Positions 1 through 9,721 are shown, counted from the first letter of the stretch. The stretch is 64,000 nucleotides of DNA from an uncultured Alphaproteobacteria bacterium (GCA_944392785.1 CALXXW010000013.1:52903-116902), one strand, 5' to 3'. Numbers and translations are program-made. The notes: generated by a model not told the origin, from the sequence alone.

Positions 1-548
1 ACCATTGATTGGGGAAGTCGTTGAATGCGTTGTATCAAGGGATACCATAGGGAGATAAAATCCTCTCGGGCTTGTGGGGATAAACCACCGACAACATGGT
101 GACCAAACCAATCAGGGAGCAGTAAAACCTCTTCTATCATTTTATCGGCATCGTAGAGCGGCAATTGATGAAGGGGCGGGCAATTTTGCTGCAGTTGTAT
201 CAGTGTTTCAATCGCTTGTCGATACAGTTTATCAGGAGACTCTCCATGATCCAGCAGGTAGGAAAATGTCTTTTCTCCCAAATCCTCCAAGAGCAGGAAG
301 CCATTTTCCAAATCGGTTGCCAGTATACGAGGCACACGTATACCCGCTTGTTGCAGCAAGTTATCAATCAACACAAACTGGGCCGGATTTTCCGGAGCGG
401 GAGCATTCATTAAAATAGCTGTTTGACCTGTTGCTAAACATAGGCGCTCGTATGTTCGAAAAGAGGCATCGGCAGCCAAAGGCACACGAACAGCCGTTTC
501 CCAACCATTTTTTTTTAAAAAATCACCAAGTAATTCAGAACGATTCAT
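1..548 (-). CDS. amgK: Phosphotransferase, AmgK-like anomeric MurNAc/GlcNAc kinase (partial, runs off the window edge)
   Basis: Not in the ORF track. Manual translation from ATG at 548 (ATGA overlap with the tsaE stop) gives MNRSELLGDFLKKNGWETAVRVPLAADASFRTYERL...GFLLLEDLG... open to position 1. The DASFRxY and LLLEDLG motifs and the tsaE-amgK order are typical. Confidence 0.85.
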   Translation of the reverse strand, partial: MNRSELLGDFLKKNGWETAVRVPLAADASFRTYERLCLATGQTAILMNAPAPENPAQFVLIDNLLQQAGIRVPRILATDLENGFLLLEDLGEKTFSYLLDHGESPDKLYRQAIETLIQLQQNCPPLHQLPLYDADKMIEEVLLLPDWFGHHVVGGLSPQAREDFISLWYPLIQRIQRLPQSM

Positions 549-970
549 CGGTCAATACCTTCTATGGTTATACGCCGTTCTCCACCCGGCAAAATATCAA
601 ACCGAAGAGTTATATGTTTTTTGGGGAGCAAAGGGCGGATTTTTTCCGGCCATTCGATTAAGGAAACGCCTTCACTAAAAGCCTCTTCTATTCCGATTTC
701 ATAAGCCTCCTCAGGACATTTCAGACGATACATATCAAAGTGGTAGACTTCAAAATGAGGTGTTTCATAGATTTGTAAAAGTGTAAAAGTCGGGCTAGGA
801 ACCTCAGGTGTTTTAGGGGATAAAGATTGGATAAAACCACGGCAAAAAGCCGTTTTACCAGCCCCTAATGTTCCCTCCAGTGCCAAAATATCTCCCACCT
901 GAACCCGGGCCGCTATTTGGGCCGCCAAAGAAACTGTTTCTGCTTCCGAATGTGTTATAATTGTGTGCAT
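545..970 (-). CDS. tsaE: tRNA threonylcarbamoyladenosine biosynthesis ATPase TsaE
   Basis: GTLGAGKT P-loop, VPSPTFTL, HFDMYRL and IEWPE motifs. Start set at MHTIITH (970), overlapping the upstream stop. Confidence 0.95.
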   Translation of the reverse strand: MHTIITHSEAETVSLAAQIAARVQVGDILALEGTLGAGKTAFCRGFIQSLSPKTPEVPSPTFTLLQIYETPHFEVYHFDMYRLKCPEEAYEIGIEEAFSEGVSLIEWPEKIRPLLPKKHITLRFDILPGGERRITIEGIDR

Positions 971-1887
971 TAGAACCAATCTTTCCAACTTGAAGATGCT
1001 TTTTGTTGATGTTGTTGCCAGGCGGCCCTTTGAAGGCGAAACTCCCACGGAGCGACGAATTGTCCCTCCCACAGGCCTAAGTTTTGTTGATGAGCCATAT
1101 CTTCATAAGGGATATAGACATCGGTCAGAGCGCGATTTGTGACGGCCCAACCAACAGAAATCATCGTGGCACCAATATCATAGTCATCTAAAGTACAAAC
1201 GGCTATATAATCTGCATGAGAGGTTGTTATCAAAATTTGACAGTCAACTTTTTTACCCAAAATCAGACGCTCTAAACGCGTTTTAGCTTGATGTCCGCAG
1301 TCGTATTTTTGATGACGTTTGTCTATACAGGTCTGTGTTAAATCCGGAGCGTCAATACCAAACAATTTGATAAAATGGTCATTTATTCGAAATAGGTATC
1401 CGGTTTTAACCTCGGAGACGACACCGGATATCGTACTGATTTCTTGGGGCTCTACCGTTTCTTGCATCAAGGAAGAGGGGGGATGATTGGGTTGCTTGTC
1501 CAGATCTTGAGGTAAATCTCCCTCTGTGTTGCCTTTAAAAAAGCGTATCAGTTTTTCGGAAAAAGAAGCATGTTCCAGAGATGACTCCCACGAGGTTATT
1601 TTATTTTCTGCGGTGTTTTTGAAATGTTGCCCGCTTTTGAAAAGAAAGAGACCTCCCTGATAAAGTCCCCATCCCAGAAGAATTAATAAGCTACCGATGA
1701 AAACTATTTTAACGATGGTGATGCCGACATGTATCACCAATTTAGCTAAAAAGAAAAGAGCAAAAGCGGCGATGACAAAGGTGACAATCCCGACAACCGT
1801 TGTGGTTGCCGATCCGGTTTGCCAACCGAAGAATCCCATGACCACCGAGCCCAGCAACATGCTCCATAAACCGATTCTTAACAACAT
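970..1887 (-). CDS. Membrane-anchored thermonuclease (SNase-like) family protein
   Basis: Three N-terminal hydrophobic segments; IKLFGIDAPD, YDCG..A, GWAV, Y..YE..A...NLGLW.G.F..PWEFR SNase-family motifs. Confidence 0.8.
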   Translation of the reverse strand: MLLRIGLWSMLLGSVVMGFFGWQTGSATTTVVGIVTFVIAAFALFFLAKLVIHVGITIVKIVFIGSLLILLGWGLYQGGLFLFKSGQHFKNTAENKITSWESSLEHASFSEKLIRFFKGNTEGDLPQDLDKQPNHPPSSLMQETVEPQEISTISGVVSEVKTGYLFRINDHFIKLFGIDAPDLTQTCIDKRHQKYDCGHQAKTRLERLILGKKVDCQILITTSHADYIAVCTLDDYDIGATMISVGWAVTNRALTDVYIPYEDMAHQQNLGLWEGQFVAPWEFRLQRAAWQQHQQKASSSWKDWF

Positions 1888-1928
1888 GTCTTACTCCTTA
1901 TCCCATCAGTATTTACCATCATAATATA

Positions 1929-1965
1929 AAACGGGGTAAAAAAGCAACCTTTTTTTACCCCGTTT
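1929..1965 (-). terminator. Inverted repeat downstream of secB, putative intrinsic terminator
   Basis: AAACGGGGTAAAAAA-(7 nt)-TTTTTTACCCCGTTT perfect 15-bp stem, 22 nt past the secB stop. Confidence 0.6.
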
Positions 1966-1987
1966 GACAATAAAAAATCATCGTCCG

Positions 1988-2443
1988 TTAATTGGCTTTT
2001 TTGGCCTCTAACTTGGATCGATAAAGTGCCGCGAAATCGATCGGATTAATTTGCAAGGGTGGTAATCCTGCTTCGCGTGTTGTATTGGCGATGATTGCAC
2101 GGGCATAGGGGAAGAGTAAATGTGGGATTTCAACCAACAATAAAGGCTCAATGTGTTCCTGCGGGACATTCAGAGTTGTCAAGGCGCCATATGTCAACTC
2201 GCATAAAAAGATGGGTTTTTTATCTTCGGCTTTTTTGGCATTGGCCTTGACTGTCAACTCGACGACGAAAAGAGTCGGATTATCGGTTTTTGTGACCTTG
2301 ACATCAATGTCAACCGTAATAGCCGGAGGTGTTTTCATCTCGCTTAAAATCATAGGCATATGGGGTGCTTCAAAAGATAAATCCTTTATATATTGGGCGT
2401 TAATTTGCAAACTGGGGGTATTTTTTGTATCATTTTCTGCCAT
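1988..2443 (-). CDS. secB: Protein-export chaperone SecB
   Basis: QYIKDLSFEAP and P.LLFPYAR.II...TR.AG.PPL.INPIDF.ALY motifs. Start set at MAEND (2443). Confidence 0.95.
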   Translation of the reverse strand: MAENDTKNTPSLQINAQYIKDLSFEAPHMPMILSEMKTPPAITVDIDVKVTKTDNPTLFVVELTVKANAKKAEDKKPIFLCELTYGALTTLNVPQEHIEPLLLVEIPHLLFPYARAIIANTTREAGLPPLQINPIDFAALYRSKLEAKKAN

Positions 2444-2544
2444 TTTTAAAAATCCTCTTGAAAAAAAGTTTGTTTTTAGCTTATAATAAACAAGACATAT
2501 ATACACGTCATTTTGACGAAAGTAAAGTAAAAAAGGAAAAGGAA

Positions 2545-3120
2545 ATGATTGCGCAGTATATTATTTTGGTTTTATTGATTGGATATTTGGGGTGGCAGTT
2601 GTTAAGTGCTATTCGAAAAACACCTGCGGCATCGGATAGTATTCGTCTTGTCTCACGGGAGACGGGACAAATTTTAGAAATGAAATTGCTGAATATGGAA
2701 AAAAGCCAATCGTCTGTTTGGGATGAGGCGCTTTTTTTGGCAAATGCTAAAATTGTTTTTCAAGCGGTCTCTGAGGCTTTTGCCTCCGGTAATTATAAGG
2801 ATTTAAAACTTTTTTTAACACCGGTGCTTTATAGCACTTTTCAACAGTATATTGATGAGCGTAAAAAGAAAAACCAAAAAGTGGATTTTTCGCTTATCGG
2901 CTTTTTATCGGCCAAGGTTGTGGATAAAAATGACAGTTTAAGCAAAATTACGGTTCAATTTGTCACCGAACAAATTAACCTGTTGAAAAATGAAAACGGA
3001 GAAGTCATTGAAGGTGACCCCATGAGTATTTCAACCGTGTCAGATACCTGGACGTTTAAAAAATGTGATAAGTCCAGTTGGATCGTTTGTGCAACAAAAA
3101 GCGAGGCCATTCATGCATAA
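2545..3120 (+). CDS. timA: Tim44/TimA family membrane protein
   Basis: N-terminal TM helix; FL..AK..F..V..AF..G and ITVQF.TEQI...G.VIEGD.....V.DTWTF motifs; conserved position between secB and mltA. Confidence 0.85.
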   Translation: MIAQYIILVLLIGYLGWQLLSAIRKTPAASDSIRLVSRETGQILEMKLLNMEKSQSSVWDEALFLANAKIVFQAVSEAFASGNYKDLKLFLTPVLYSTFQQYIDERKKKNQKVDFSLIGFLSAKVVDKNDSLSKITVQFVTEQINLLKNENGEVIEGDPMSISTVSDTWTFKKCDKSSWIVCATKSEAIHA

Positions 3121-4138
3121 ACTGACGTCTCTTTGTTTATTGGGCTTGGCTTTGGGCTTGGTGGGCTGTAGTTCGCATCCGCTTTCTCAGGGGCGGAAAT
3201 TTAACTTGGTAGAGGCTGATTTCTCAGACCTTTCAGGCTGGGAAATCGATGATTTTGTTGAAGCGCGTCCCGCTTTATTGAACAGTTGCGCCCAAAATAC
3301 TGATAAGCGTCTGATTGATTTTTGTGCCACTTTGGCTGCAGATGAGGAAATGGATTCAGATGAAATACGGGTATTGATTGAAGAGACATTCCAACCCTAC
3401 CTTGTCGTTGCGGACGGCTCATCCAAAGGAGTAATCACCGGTTATTATGAAGCGGAATTAAGTGGAACCAGAGAACGGGAAAACTCGGCACAAGTTCCTA
3501 TTTACGCCCAGCCTTGGGATTACCAAAAAGACAAGAAATATGAGACGCGTCAAGATATTGAAAAACACGGGATTCATGCTCCGATTATTGCATGGGCAGA
3601 TGATCCGGTCGAGTTATTTATTCTGCATGTTCAAGGATCGGGACGTATGATGACACCGGATGGTGAAATTCGATTGGGATATGCCGGTAATAACGGTCGA
3701 ACATTTAAAGGGCTGGGGGCGATTTTGGCTGAGGAAGGTTTGTTATCCGAAACAGGACACTCTATGCCGGATATTAAGCAATGGCTACAGAATCATCCGG
3801 ACGTGGCGGTGCGGCTCATGCGGGAAAACCCACGCTATATTTTCTTTAAGGAAGTAGAAGGAGAAACACCTTATGGAACGGCCGGGGTTGTTTTAACACC
3901 GATGCGCTCGGTTGCTGTGGATAAACAGTTTATACCCATGCATACATTTATGTGGTTAGAAACACAGACACCGGATAAAAGTGATTTGAATCGTTTGGTC
4001 GTTGCTCAGGATACGGGTAATGCCATTAAGGGAGGTGTTCGGGCTGATTTCTTTTGGGGACATGGAGAAGATGCTTTTGATAATGCCGGCCGCATGAAAA
4101 GTATGGGTCGTTATTACCTTTTGCTGCCAAAGGATTAA
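3113..4138 (+). CDS. mltA: Membrane-bound lytic murein transglycosylase A (lipoprotein)
   Basis: Lipobox LVGC; ITGYYE, LHVQGSG, NPRYIFF, AQDTG.AIKG..RADFFWG motifs. Confidence 0.93.
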   Translation: MHKLTSLCLLGLALGLVGCSSHPLSQGRKFNLVEADFSDLSGWEIDDFVEARPALLNSCAQNTDKRLIDFCATLAADEEMDSDEIRVLIEETFQPYLVVADGSSKGVITGYYEAELSGTRERENSAQVPIYAQPWDYQKDKKYETRQDIEKHGIHAPIIAWADDPVELFILHVQGSGRMMTPDGEIRLGYAGNNGRTFKGLGAILAEEGLLSETGHSMPDIKQWLQNHPDVAVRLMRENPRYIFFKEVEGETPYGTAGVVLTPMRSVAVDKQFIPMHTFMWLETQTPDKSDLNRLVVAQDTGNAIKGGVRADFFWGHGEDAFDNAGRMKSMGRYYLLLPKD

Positions 4139-4140
4139 AA

Positions 4141-4551
4141 ATGAAGGAATCTTTTCTGACGGATGCGGATTTAAGTCTGTGGGATAGTCTTAAAGAAAAG
4201 GTTTGTCCTTTAACAACTCGTGGCAGGAAGAATCTTTTTTTTAAGCCGTTGCCGTCGCGGTTGCGCGTCCGGGCCTCAACACGCACGACATTGATAAATG
4301 TTCTGGATTTACACGGCATGACCATAGAGGAGGCCTATCAAGTATTTCATCAATTTTTAGTCACACACCAAGAGTATGGTTCACGTATCGTCAAAGTTAT
4401 CACCGGGCGAGGCTTGCACGGAGAAAGCAAAATAAAAAAAGAGATGCCTTACTGGTTGCAAAATCCGAAGTATGCGACAGGAATAAGGCGTGTCGTGTGG
4501 ACATCTGATGGGGGCGCTTTAACGATTGAATTGAAAAGGAAAAAGAAATGA
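4141..4551 (+). CDS. Smr/MutS2 domain protein
   Basis: LDLHGMT..EA, VITGRG and GGAL motifs; follows mltA. Confidence 0.9.
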   Translation: MKESFLTDADLSLWDSLKEKVCPLTTRGRKNLFFKPLPSRLRVRASTRTTLINVLDLHGMTIEEAYQVFHQFLVTHQEYGSRIVKVITGRGLHGESKIKKEMPYWLQNPKYATGIRRVVWTSDGGALTIELKRKKK

Positions 4552-5573
4552 AACACGTGGTCATGGGGATAGAGTCCAGTTGTGATGAAACGGCCTGCGC
4601 TCTTGTATCAGATACGCATGAAATTTTATCATCTGTTGTTTGGTCTCAGTATGATGAGCACCGGCGTTTTGGCGGAGTTGTTCCTGAAATTGCCGCTCGC
4701 GCCCATTTAGAAAAATGTGATATTTTGATACAAGAAGCTTTAGATAAAGCCGGAAAAACATGGACAGATCTTTCGGCTGTCGCTGTCGCGGGGGGGCCCG
4801 GTTTAATCGGGGGAGTTTTAGTCGGTGTGATGACGGCTAAAGCCATTGCGCTGAGCCACCATTTACCCTTTATTGCGGTTAATCACTTAGAGGGACATGC
4901 CTTAACCGCTCGTTTGACGTCACCGGTTTCATTTCCTTACTTGCTTTTACTCACCTCTGGTGGACACTGTCAGATTTTAGCGGTTGAGGGTGTGGGAAAA
5001 TATCACAAACTGGGGGCCACAATTGATGATTCGGCAGGAGAGGCTTTTGATAAGGTTGCAAAAATGTTGGACATTGGCTATCCGGGAGGGCCGAACTTGG
5101 AAAAACGTGCCAAAATGGGAAATCCGAAGCGCTTTTCTTTTCCGATTCCCATGAAGGGACGGGTAGGGTGTGACTTTTCGTTTTCCGGTCTGAAGACGGC
5201 TGTTCGCACAACAATAGAAAAGCTGACCCAATTAAGCGAGCAAGATAAAAATGATATAGCGGCCGCTTTTCAAGAGGCTGTTGTGGCTCAAATGAAAGAT
5301 CGACTACAGCACGCCGTTCAAGTGTTTAAAGAGTCTTATCCTTTGGCCAAAGATTTGGTGGTCGCCGGTGGTGTCGCGGCGAATGGTTCTGTCAGATCGA
5401 TGCTGGAAAGCCTAGCCAAAGAGCAGGGGTTTGTTTTTTCGGCGCCTCCTATAGGGCTATGTACGGACAATGGGGTGATGATCGCTTGGGCCGGTATGGA
5501 GCGCTTTTTAGCGGGGCATCGAGATTGTCTTGATTTTAAGGCTCGTCCTCGCTGGCCGTTAGAACAGCTATAG
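4548..5573 (+). CDS. tsaD: tRNA N6-adenosine threonylcarbamoyltransferase TsaD
   Basis: GIESSCDET, GGVVPEIAARAH, HLEGH, SGGHC, FSFSGLKT, CTDNGVMIA motifs. Confidence 0.97.
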   Translation: MKHVVMGIESSCDETACALVSDTHEILSSVVWSQYDEHRRFGGVVPEIAARAHLEKCDILIQEALDKAGKTWTDLSAVAVAGGPGLIGGVLVGVMTAKAIALSHHLPFIAVNHLEGHALTARLTSPVSFPYLLLLTSGGHCQILAVEGVGKYHKLGATIDDSAGEAFDKVAKMLDIGYPGGPNLEKRAKMGNPKRFSFPIPMKGRVGCDFSFSGLKTAVRTTIEKLTQLSEQDKNDIAAAFQEAVVAQMKDRLQHAVQVFKESYPLAKDLVVAGGVAANGSVRSMLESLAKEQGFVFSAPPIGLCTDNGVMIAWAGMERFLAGHRDCLDFKARPRWPLEQL

Positions 5574-5580
5574 TTTTTGC

Positions 5581-5609
5581 TTGACACTTTCCTTTTCTAT
5601 GCCTATATT
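5581..5609 (+). promoter_or_regulatory. Sigma70-type promoter of trxA
   Basis: TTGACA-17 bp-TATATT, followed by an AAGGAG RBS before ATG 5644. Confidence 0.7.
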
Positions 5610-5643
5610 GGTGCTGAAAACGGATAAAATATAAGGAGAAAAA

Positions 5644-5958
5644 ATGGAAATTATCAATGATACAACTTTTGAAAAGATTGTTTTAAACTCGGACAAGCCT
5701 GTATTGGTTGATTTTTTTGCAACATGGTGTGGGCCTTGTCGTCAATTGTTGCCGATTATCAGTGAATTGGCAGATGAGATGAAAGACCGTGTCACCATTG
5801 TCAAAATGGACGTCGATGAATCTCCCAATACGCCGGAACACTTTGGAATTCAGACGATTCCTACCCTAATTTTATTTAAGAATGGTCAACCGGTGGCAAC
5901 TCATACCGGGGCTTTATTGAAGCATGATCTGCAAAAGTGGATTGAAACTTACCTCTAA
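5644..5958 (+). CDS. trxA: Thioredoxin
   Basis: WCGPC active site; 104 aa. Confidence 0.97.
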   Translation: MEIINDTTFEKIVLNSDKPVLVDFFATWCGPCRQLLPIISELADEMKDRVTIVKMDVDESPNTPEHFGIQTIPTLILFKNGQPVATHTGALLKHDLQKWIETYL

Positions 5959-5983
5959 AGGTTAAGATCTGTCGATTAGGGAA

Positions 5984-6010
5984 GGGACGCTTCTTTGGAG
6001 CGTCCTTTTT
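5984..6010 (+). terminator. Intrinsic terminator after trxA
   Basis: GGGACGCTTC-TTT-GGAGCGTCCT stem-loop followed by a T run. Confidence 0.7.
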
Positions 6011-6099
6011 GTGGGCTATCCGGTATTATGGAGTTGCCACAACCGGACAGATAGCCTCATCAAGTATACTGAGGTTTCTATACTCGGAAGGATAGACGG

Positions 6100-7107
6100 C
6101 TAATAAAATAGTCCCTTGGAACACAACTGAGCATAAATAGGTTTATTTAATTGATATCGTTGAATCAGCTCTGAGGGTGTTTCTTGAACATTTAGATTTT
6201 GAATGGTGCATTTACCGTGTGTTAATCGTTTTAAAACGGCGCTTGGTAAATCACTGCGTCCGATACAGCAGGATAAATACACAAAAGCTTCATCCGCATC
6301 GCCCAGATTTTTAACGGCCAATTCTCGTGCCAGTAAGTTGAGCGTTAAATCTGCTTTCGTTCCGTCTTTTGTCCAAGGAGATCCCCCGCCGATAGGGGCG
6401 GCAGTTGAATAAAAATCGCAGGCTAGTTTGCGTCCTGTCATGCCGCAATCCGCGACCGTTGAATGATAGGTATAAGAGCCGGTTCCGTTGATAATCAAGT
6501 GTTTTGGTTCGGCTTTTAATATTTCGGCCACCCAAGAACGAGACGGTTGAGTATCCGTCCGTGACGGCACCGCAATCACAACTGTTTGAACATCATTATT
6601 TTCATCCAAGGTGATTTGTGTCTTGATATCCAGTCCCCATATATCAGATGTCTTAGCCTTTTCATATAAAGCCTTATTTAGTTGACGAGCCAAATACAGC
6701 TCCTTGGGCATAAAGGAGGGGCCTTGACAGGCATAGCCAACAAAAACACCCTGATCACCCCATCCGTTATGAACGACCCCCTGCTGAATTTCGGGTGATT
6801 GAAGACCGATTAAATTGATGATACGCAAGCGGGTTATATTAAGAGCGCAGTCTCCCCATATGGCGGCGTAGTGTTCGTCATATCCAATATAGCGCAAAGC
6901 GTCTTTAACCGTTGTTTCCAAATTTTCCAGAGAGACATGGCCCGAAATTTCACCGCCTAGGACAACGGTATTATCCTTAACCATGACCTCTACGCCATAT
7001 TTTAGAGAGCTATCTTGGACAATAAGGCTGTCTAAAAGATAACTGCTGATAAAATCAGCTGTTTTATCAGGATGCCCCAAAGAGACGAATTCTGCAGACT
7101 TAATCAT
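6100..7107 (-). CDS. metK: S-adenosylmethionine synthetase (divergent, short)
   Basis: GHPDK, QSPEI, GDQG, TGRK and GGG....KD.TK.D motifs. Confidence 0.85.
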   Translation of the reverse strand: MIKSAEFVSLGHPDKTADFISSYLLDSLIVQDSSLKYGVEVMVKDNTVVLGGEISGHVSLENLETTVKDALRYIGYDEHYAAIWGDCALNITRLRIINLIGLQSPEIQQGVVHNGWGDQGVFVGYACQGPSFMPKELYLARQLNKALYEKAKTSDIWGLDIKTQITLDENNDVQTVVIAVPSRTDTQPSRSWVAEILKAEPKHLIINGTGSYTYHSTVADCGMTGRKLACDFYSTAAPIGGGSPWTKDGTKADLTLNLLARELAVKNLGDADEAFVYLSCCIGRSDLPSAVLKRLTHGKCTIQNLNVQETPSELIQRYQLNKPIYAQLCSKGLFY

Positions 7108-8453
7108 TTTTTATCTCCCTTTTGTATCAAGGTTCGTTTCCATAAACCTGTCATAAAATAAAGCAAACCGGCCAATGCCGTTGCCGTACTTGCAACGGGG
7201 AAAGCCAGACCGACGCCAAATAAATCCGTTGCTTTCCAAATAAGAAGTATCCGTATGGGGGTTGATAGCACCGCATTTTGAAAAAGAGTAAAAGTTGTGT
7301 GACCGGTACCATTTAAAAAGCCGATAATACTAAACATTAAGCACATAATCAAACAATCGATGCTGAAAGGTTCAAGGTATGATGTTCCGGCTGCGATGAT
7401 ATCAGGATTGTGTGTTGTCAAGCGCATGAGCATCTCCGGTTCAAAATAAAACACGGCGGCTATCGGCAATCCGAACACCAGGGAGCACAAAAAGCCCCAA
7501 AAGAAAGTTTCTCTGGCACGACGAAAGGATTTTGCTCCGATGTTTTGAGCAACCATAACGGAAATAGCACTGGAAAACGCCACAGGCGGTAAGAATGAAA
7601 ATCCATCTATTTTACTGACAATTCCGATAGCTGCTGAAGCGATTAAACCCATGCGATTAACCAGAATGACCATGATAAGCAACGAAAGCATAACTAAAAA
7701 TTGACTGGCTGCTATGGGCATACCCAGTTTTAATAAAAGTATCATCTTATCAATATGTATTTTGGCAGACTTAAAGTTAAACTGTAAGCCAGGAAAATGC
7801 GTCTTCATGAAACGAATAGCCAGAAGCATGCTGACCCCTTGAGCTAAAATGGTCGCTAAAGAGGCTCCCGGGGCCTGCCACCCGAATTTTCCGACAAACA
7901 GCAGATCCAAAAAGATGTTTAAAATGCAAGCAATACCGATAAATTTTAAAGGGTTTTTAGAGTCTCCGAACCCACGCAACACGGCACATACCGTAAAATA
8001 ACCAAATGTAAAAATAAGTCCGGCCGAGCCAATAATGATATACCAAAATGTTTGATTGACGGCCTCTGTGGGTGTTTGCATCCAGGTGGTAATATACGGG
8101 GATAATACCATCATGAACAAGGACAGGACAAAACTAAGCAAGGTAAAAAATGAAAAAATTGTTGTAATACTTTCTTTAACCGCTTGCTCTTGTTTAGCTC
8201 CAAAAAACTGACCAATCATAATGGTTCCGCCCATTGTTAGCCCCATAATTAAGCACATGACAGTCATCAGTGCCTGCGCTCCGTTTGAGGTGGCAGATAA
8301 AGCGGCAGCATCGCCGTAATAGCTGACAATCAAGGTATCTACTGCTCCATACATAGCCTGTAAAAAGCTAGCTGCCAAATAGGGCACAGCAAAACGAACC
8401 AGTGTCCTCGGTGTATTTCCTTCCGTTAAATTGTGTGCCGTTTGAAGCATCAT
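7104..8453 (-). CDS. MATE family efflux transporter
   Basis: LTEG N-terminus, about 12 TM segments, LRGFGDSKNPL, NIFLDLLF, AQNIGA motifs. Confidence 0.92.
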   Translation of the reverse strand: MMLQTAHNLTEGNTPRTLVRFAVPYLAASFLQAMYGAVDTLIVSYYGDAAALSATSNGAQALMTVMCLIMGLTMGGTIMIGQFFGAKQEQAVKESITTIFSFFTLLSFVLSLFMMVLSPYITTWMQTPTEAVNQTFWYIIIGSAGLIFTFGYFTVCAVLRGFGDSKNPLKFIGIACILNIFLDLLFVGKFGWQAPGASLATILAQGVSMLLAIRFMKTHFPGLQFNFKSAKIHIDKMILLLKLGMPIAASQFLVMLSLLIMVILVNRMGLIASAAIGIVSKIDGFSFLPPVAFSSAISVMVAQNIGAKSFRRARETFFWGFLCSLVFGLPIAAVFYFEPEMLMRLTTHNPDIIAAGTSYLEPFSIDCLIMCLMFSIIGFLNGTGHTTFTLFQNAVLSTPIRILLIWKATDLFGVGLAFPVASTATALAGLLYFMTGLWKRTLIQKGDKK

Positions 8454-8595
8454 ATATCCTCTAAAAAATGCAAGTTCATCCTATCACTTCCCATTGAAAA
8501 GGTCAATATGAAGACAAGATATTTTATGCAAAAGTTTATCTTTCTTTTTCCAAATTGAGGCCTTATATTCTTATTATAGCCGCTATAGGGAGTAG

Positions 8596-8967
8596 ATGAT
8601 GAATTACTTTATCAATGCCATTACAAGCAAATATGCTACCTTTTCCGGACGTGCATCTCGAACCGAATACTGGTCCTTTATTTTAATTTATTTAATTTTA
8701 CAATTACTTATTTCGTTCTTACCGCTTGGTCTAATTGTGAACTATGTCTTATTTGGGCTATATGTGGCGCTATTCATTCCTTCTCTTGCCATAGCCGTTC
8801 GTCGATTGCATGATATCGATAAATCTGGTTGGATGGTCCTGCTGGGATTCATCCCCGTAGTAGGCGCTGTCGTCTTGATTGTTCTGTTCTGTTTGCCGGG
8901 AACTCCTCAAAAAAACCGTTTTGGAAAAGCCCCTTTGCCCATACAGGAAGCAACATCTATCATGTAA
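8596..8967 (+). CDS. DUF805 (YhaH-like) inner membrane protein
   Basis: FSGRASRTEYW, AVRRLHDIDKSGW, PGT...NRFG motifs. Confidence 0.92.
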   Translation: MMNYFINAITSKYATFSGRASRTEYWSFILIYLILQLLISFLPLGLIVNYVLFGLYVALFIPSLAIAVRRLHDIDKSGWMVLLGFIPVVGAVVLIVLFCLPGTPQKNRFGKAPLPIQEATSIM

Positions 8968-8971
8968 AAGC

Positions 8972-9721
8972 CTAAAGAGGACGTATTAAATCTGTAATAA
9001 CGCCATGTAATGTTTTGATTTCGGCTTTGGTTAAGGCAGCTCGTGTGAATATATTACGCAAATTCCGCTGCATACGCTCTTTTTTATCCGAAAAACGAAA
9101 ATACCCACGCCGAGTCAGTTCATTTTCCAAATGAGTGAATAGAGCCGCCAACTCAGCTTTTGTTGCCGGCTGAGCTTGTGCTGCATCTGTATGTTTCATA
9201 TCACCTTTCTGAGTCGCATGAAACCAAATATATCCTACCAAAAGGACAGCTTGTGATAAATTCAGGGATGAGTGCTGGGGATTTAAGGGAATTTCAATAA
9301 TGCCATCCGCAAAGATGACTTCATCATTTTCTAACCCCGTTCGTTCAGCTCCGAATAAGATAGCCGTTTTTTGATGATGATTCAGATGATTATTCAAAAG
9401 GGGAACCGCTTCTTCAGGAGAAAAGACAGGTTTTATCATTTCCCGATGACGAGCCGTTGTTGCCAAGACATACTGTATATCTGCCAGGGCACCTTCTAAT
9501 GTTTCAAAAACAGTGGCTGTTTCTAAAATACTCTGAGCTCCCGAAGCGGCGGACAAGGCCTTATCAGATAGATGTGACTCTCGCGGCTGAACCAGACGAA
9601 GTTCGGTTAACGTACAATTCATCATCGCTCGAGCGACCATGCCTATATTTTCCGCTAACTGTGGTCGAACCAGAATAACGACAGGCGCTTTTTCATTCGG
9701 AGTATTTTCTATTTTTTTCAT
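8972..9721 (-). CDS. trmJ: tRNA (C32/U32) 2'-O-methyltransferase, TrmJ/TrmH family
   Basis: RPQL.ENIG.VARAM.N, LFG.ERTGL.N, SSLNLSQAV motifs. Confidence 0.9.
   Translation of the reverse strand: MKKIENTPNEKAPVVILVRPQLAENIGMVARAMMNCTLTELRLVQPRESHLSDKALSAASGAQSILETATVFETLEGALADIQYVLATTARHREMIKPVFSPEEAVPLLNNHLNHHQKTAILFGAERTGLENDEVIFADGIIEIPLNPQHSSLNLSQAVLLVGYIWFHATQKGDMKHTDAAQAQPATKAELAALFTHLENELTRRGYFRFSDKKERMQRNLRNIFTRAALTKAEIKTLHGVITDLIRPL

Noticed and set aside
74-661. Plus-strand ORFs 74-418, 165-413 and 431-661
   Set aside because: They are shadows of the minus-strand amgK and tsaE genes.
8454-8595. Possible SAM riboswitch upstream of the MATE-metK operon
   Set aside because: Short AT-rich divergent promoter region with no SAM-I, SAM-II or SAM-SAH consensus visible.
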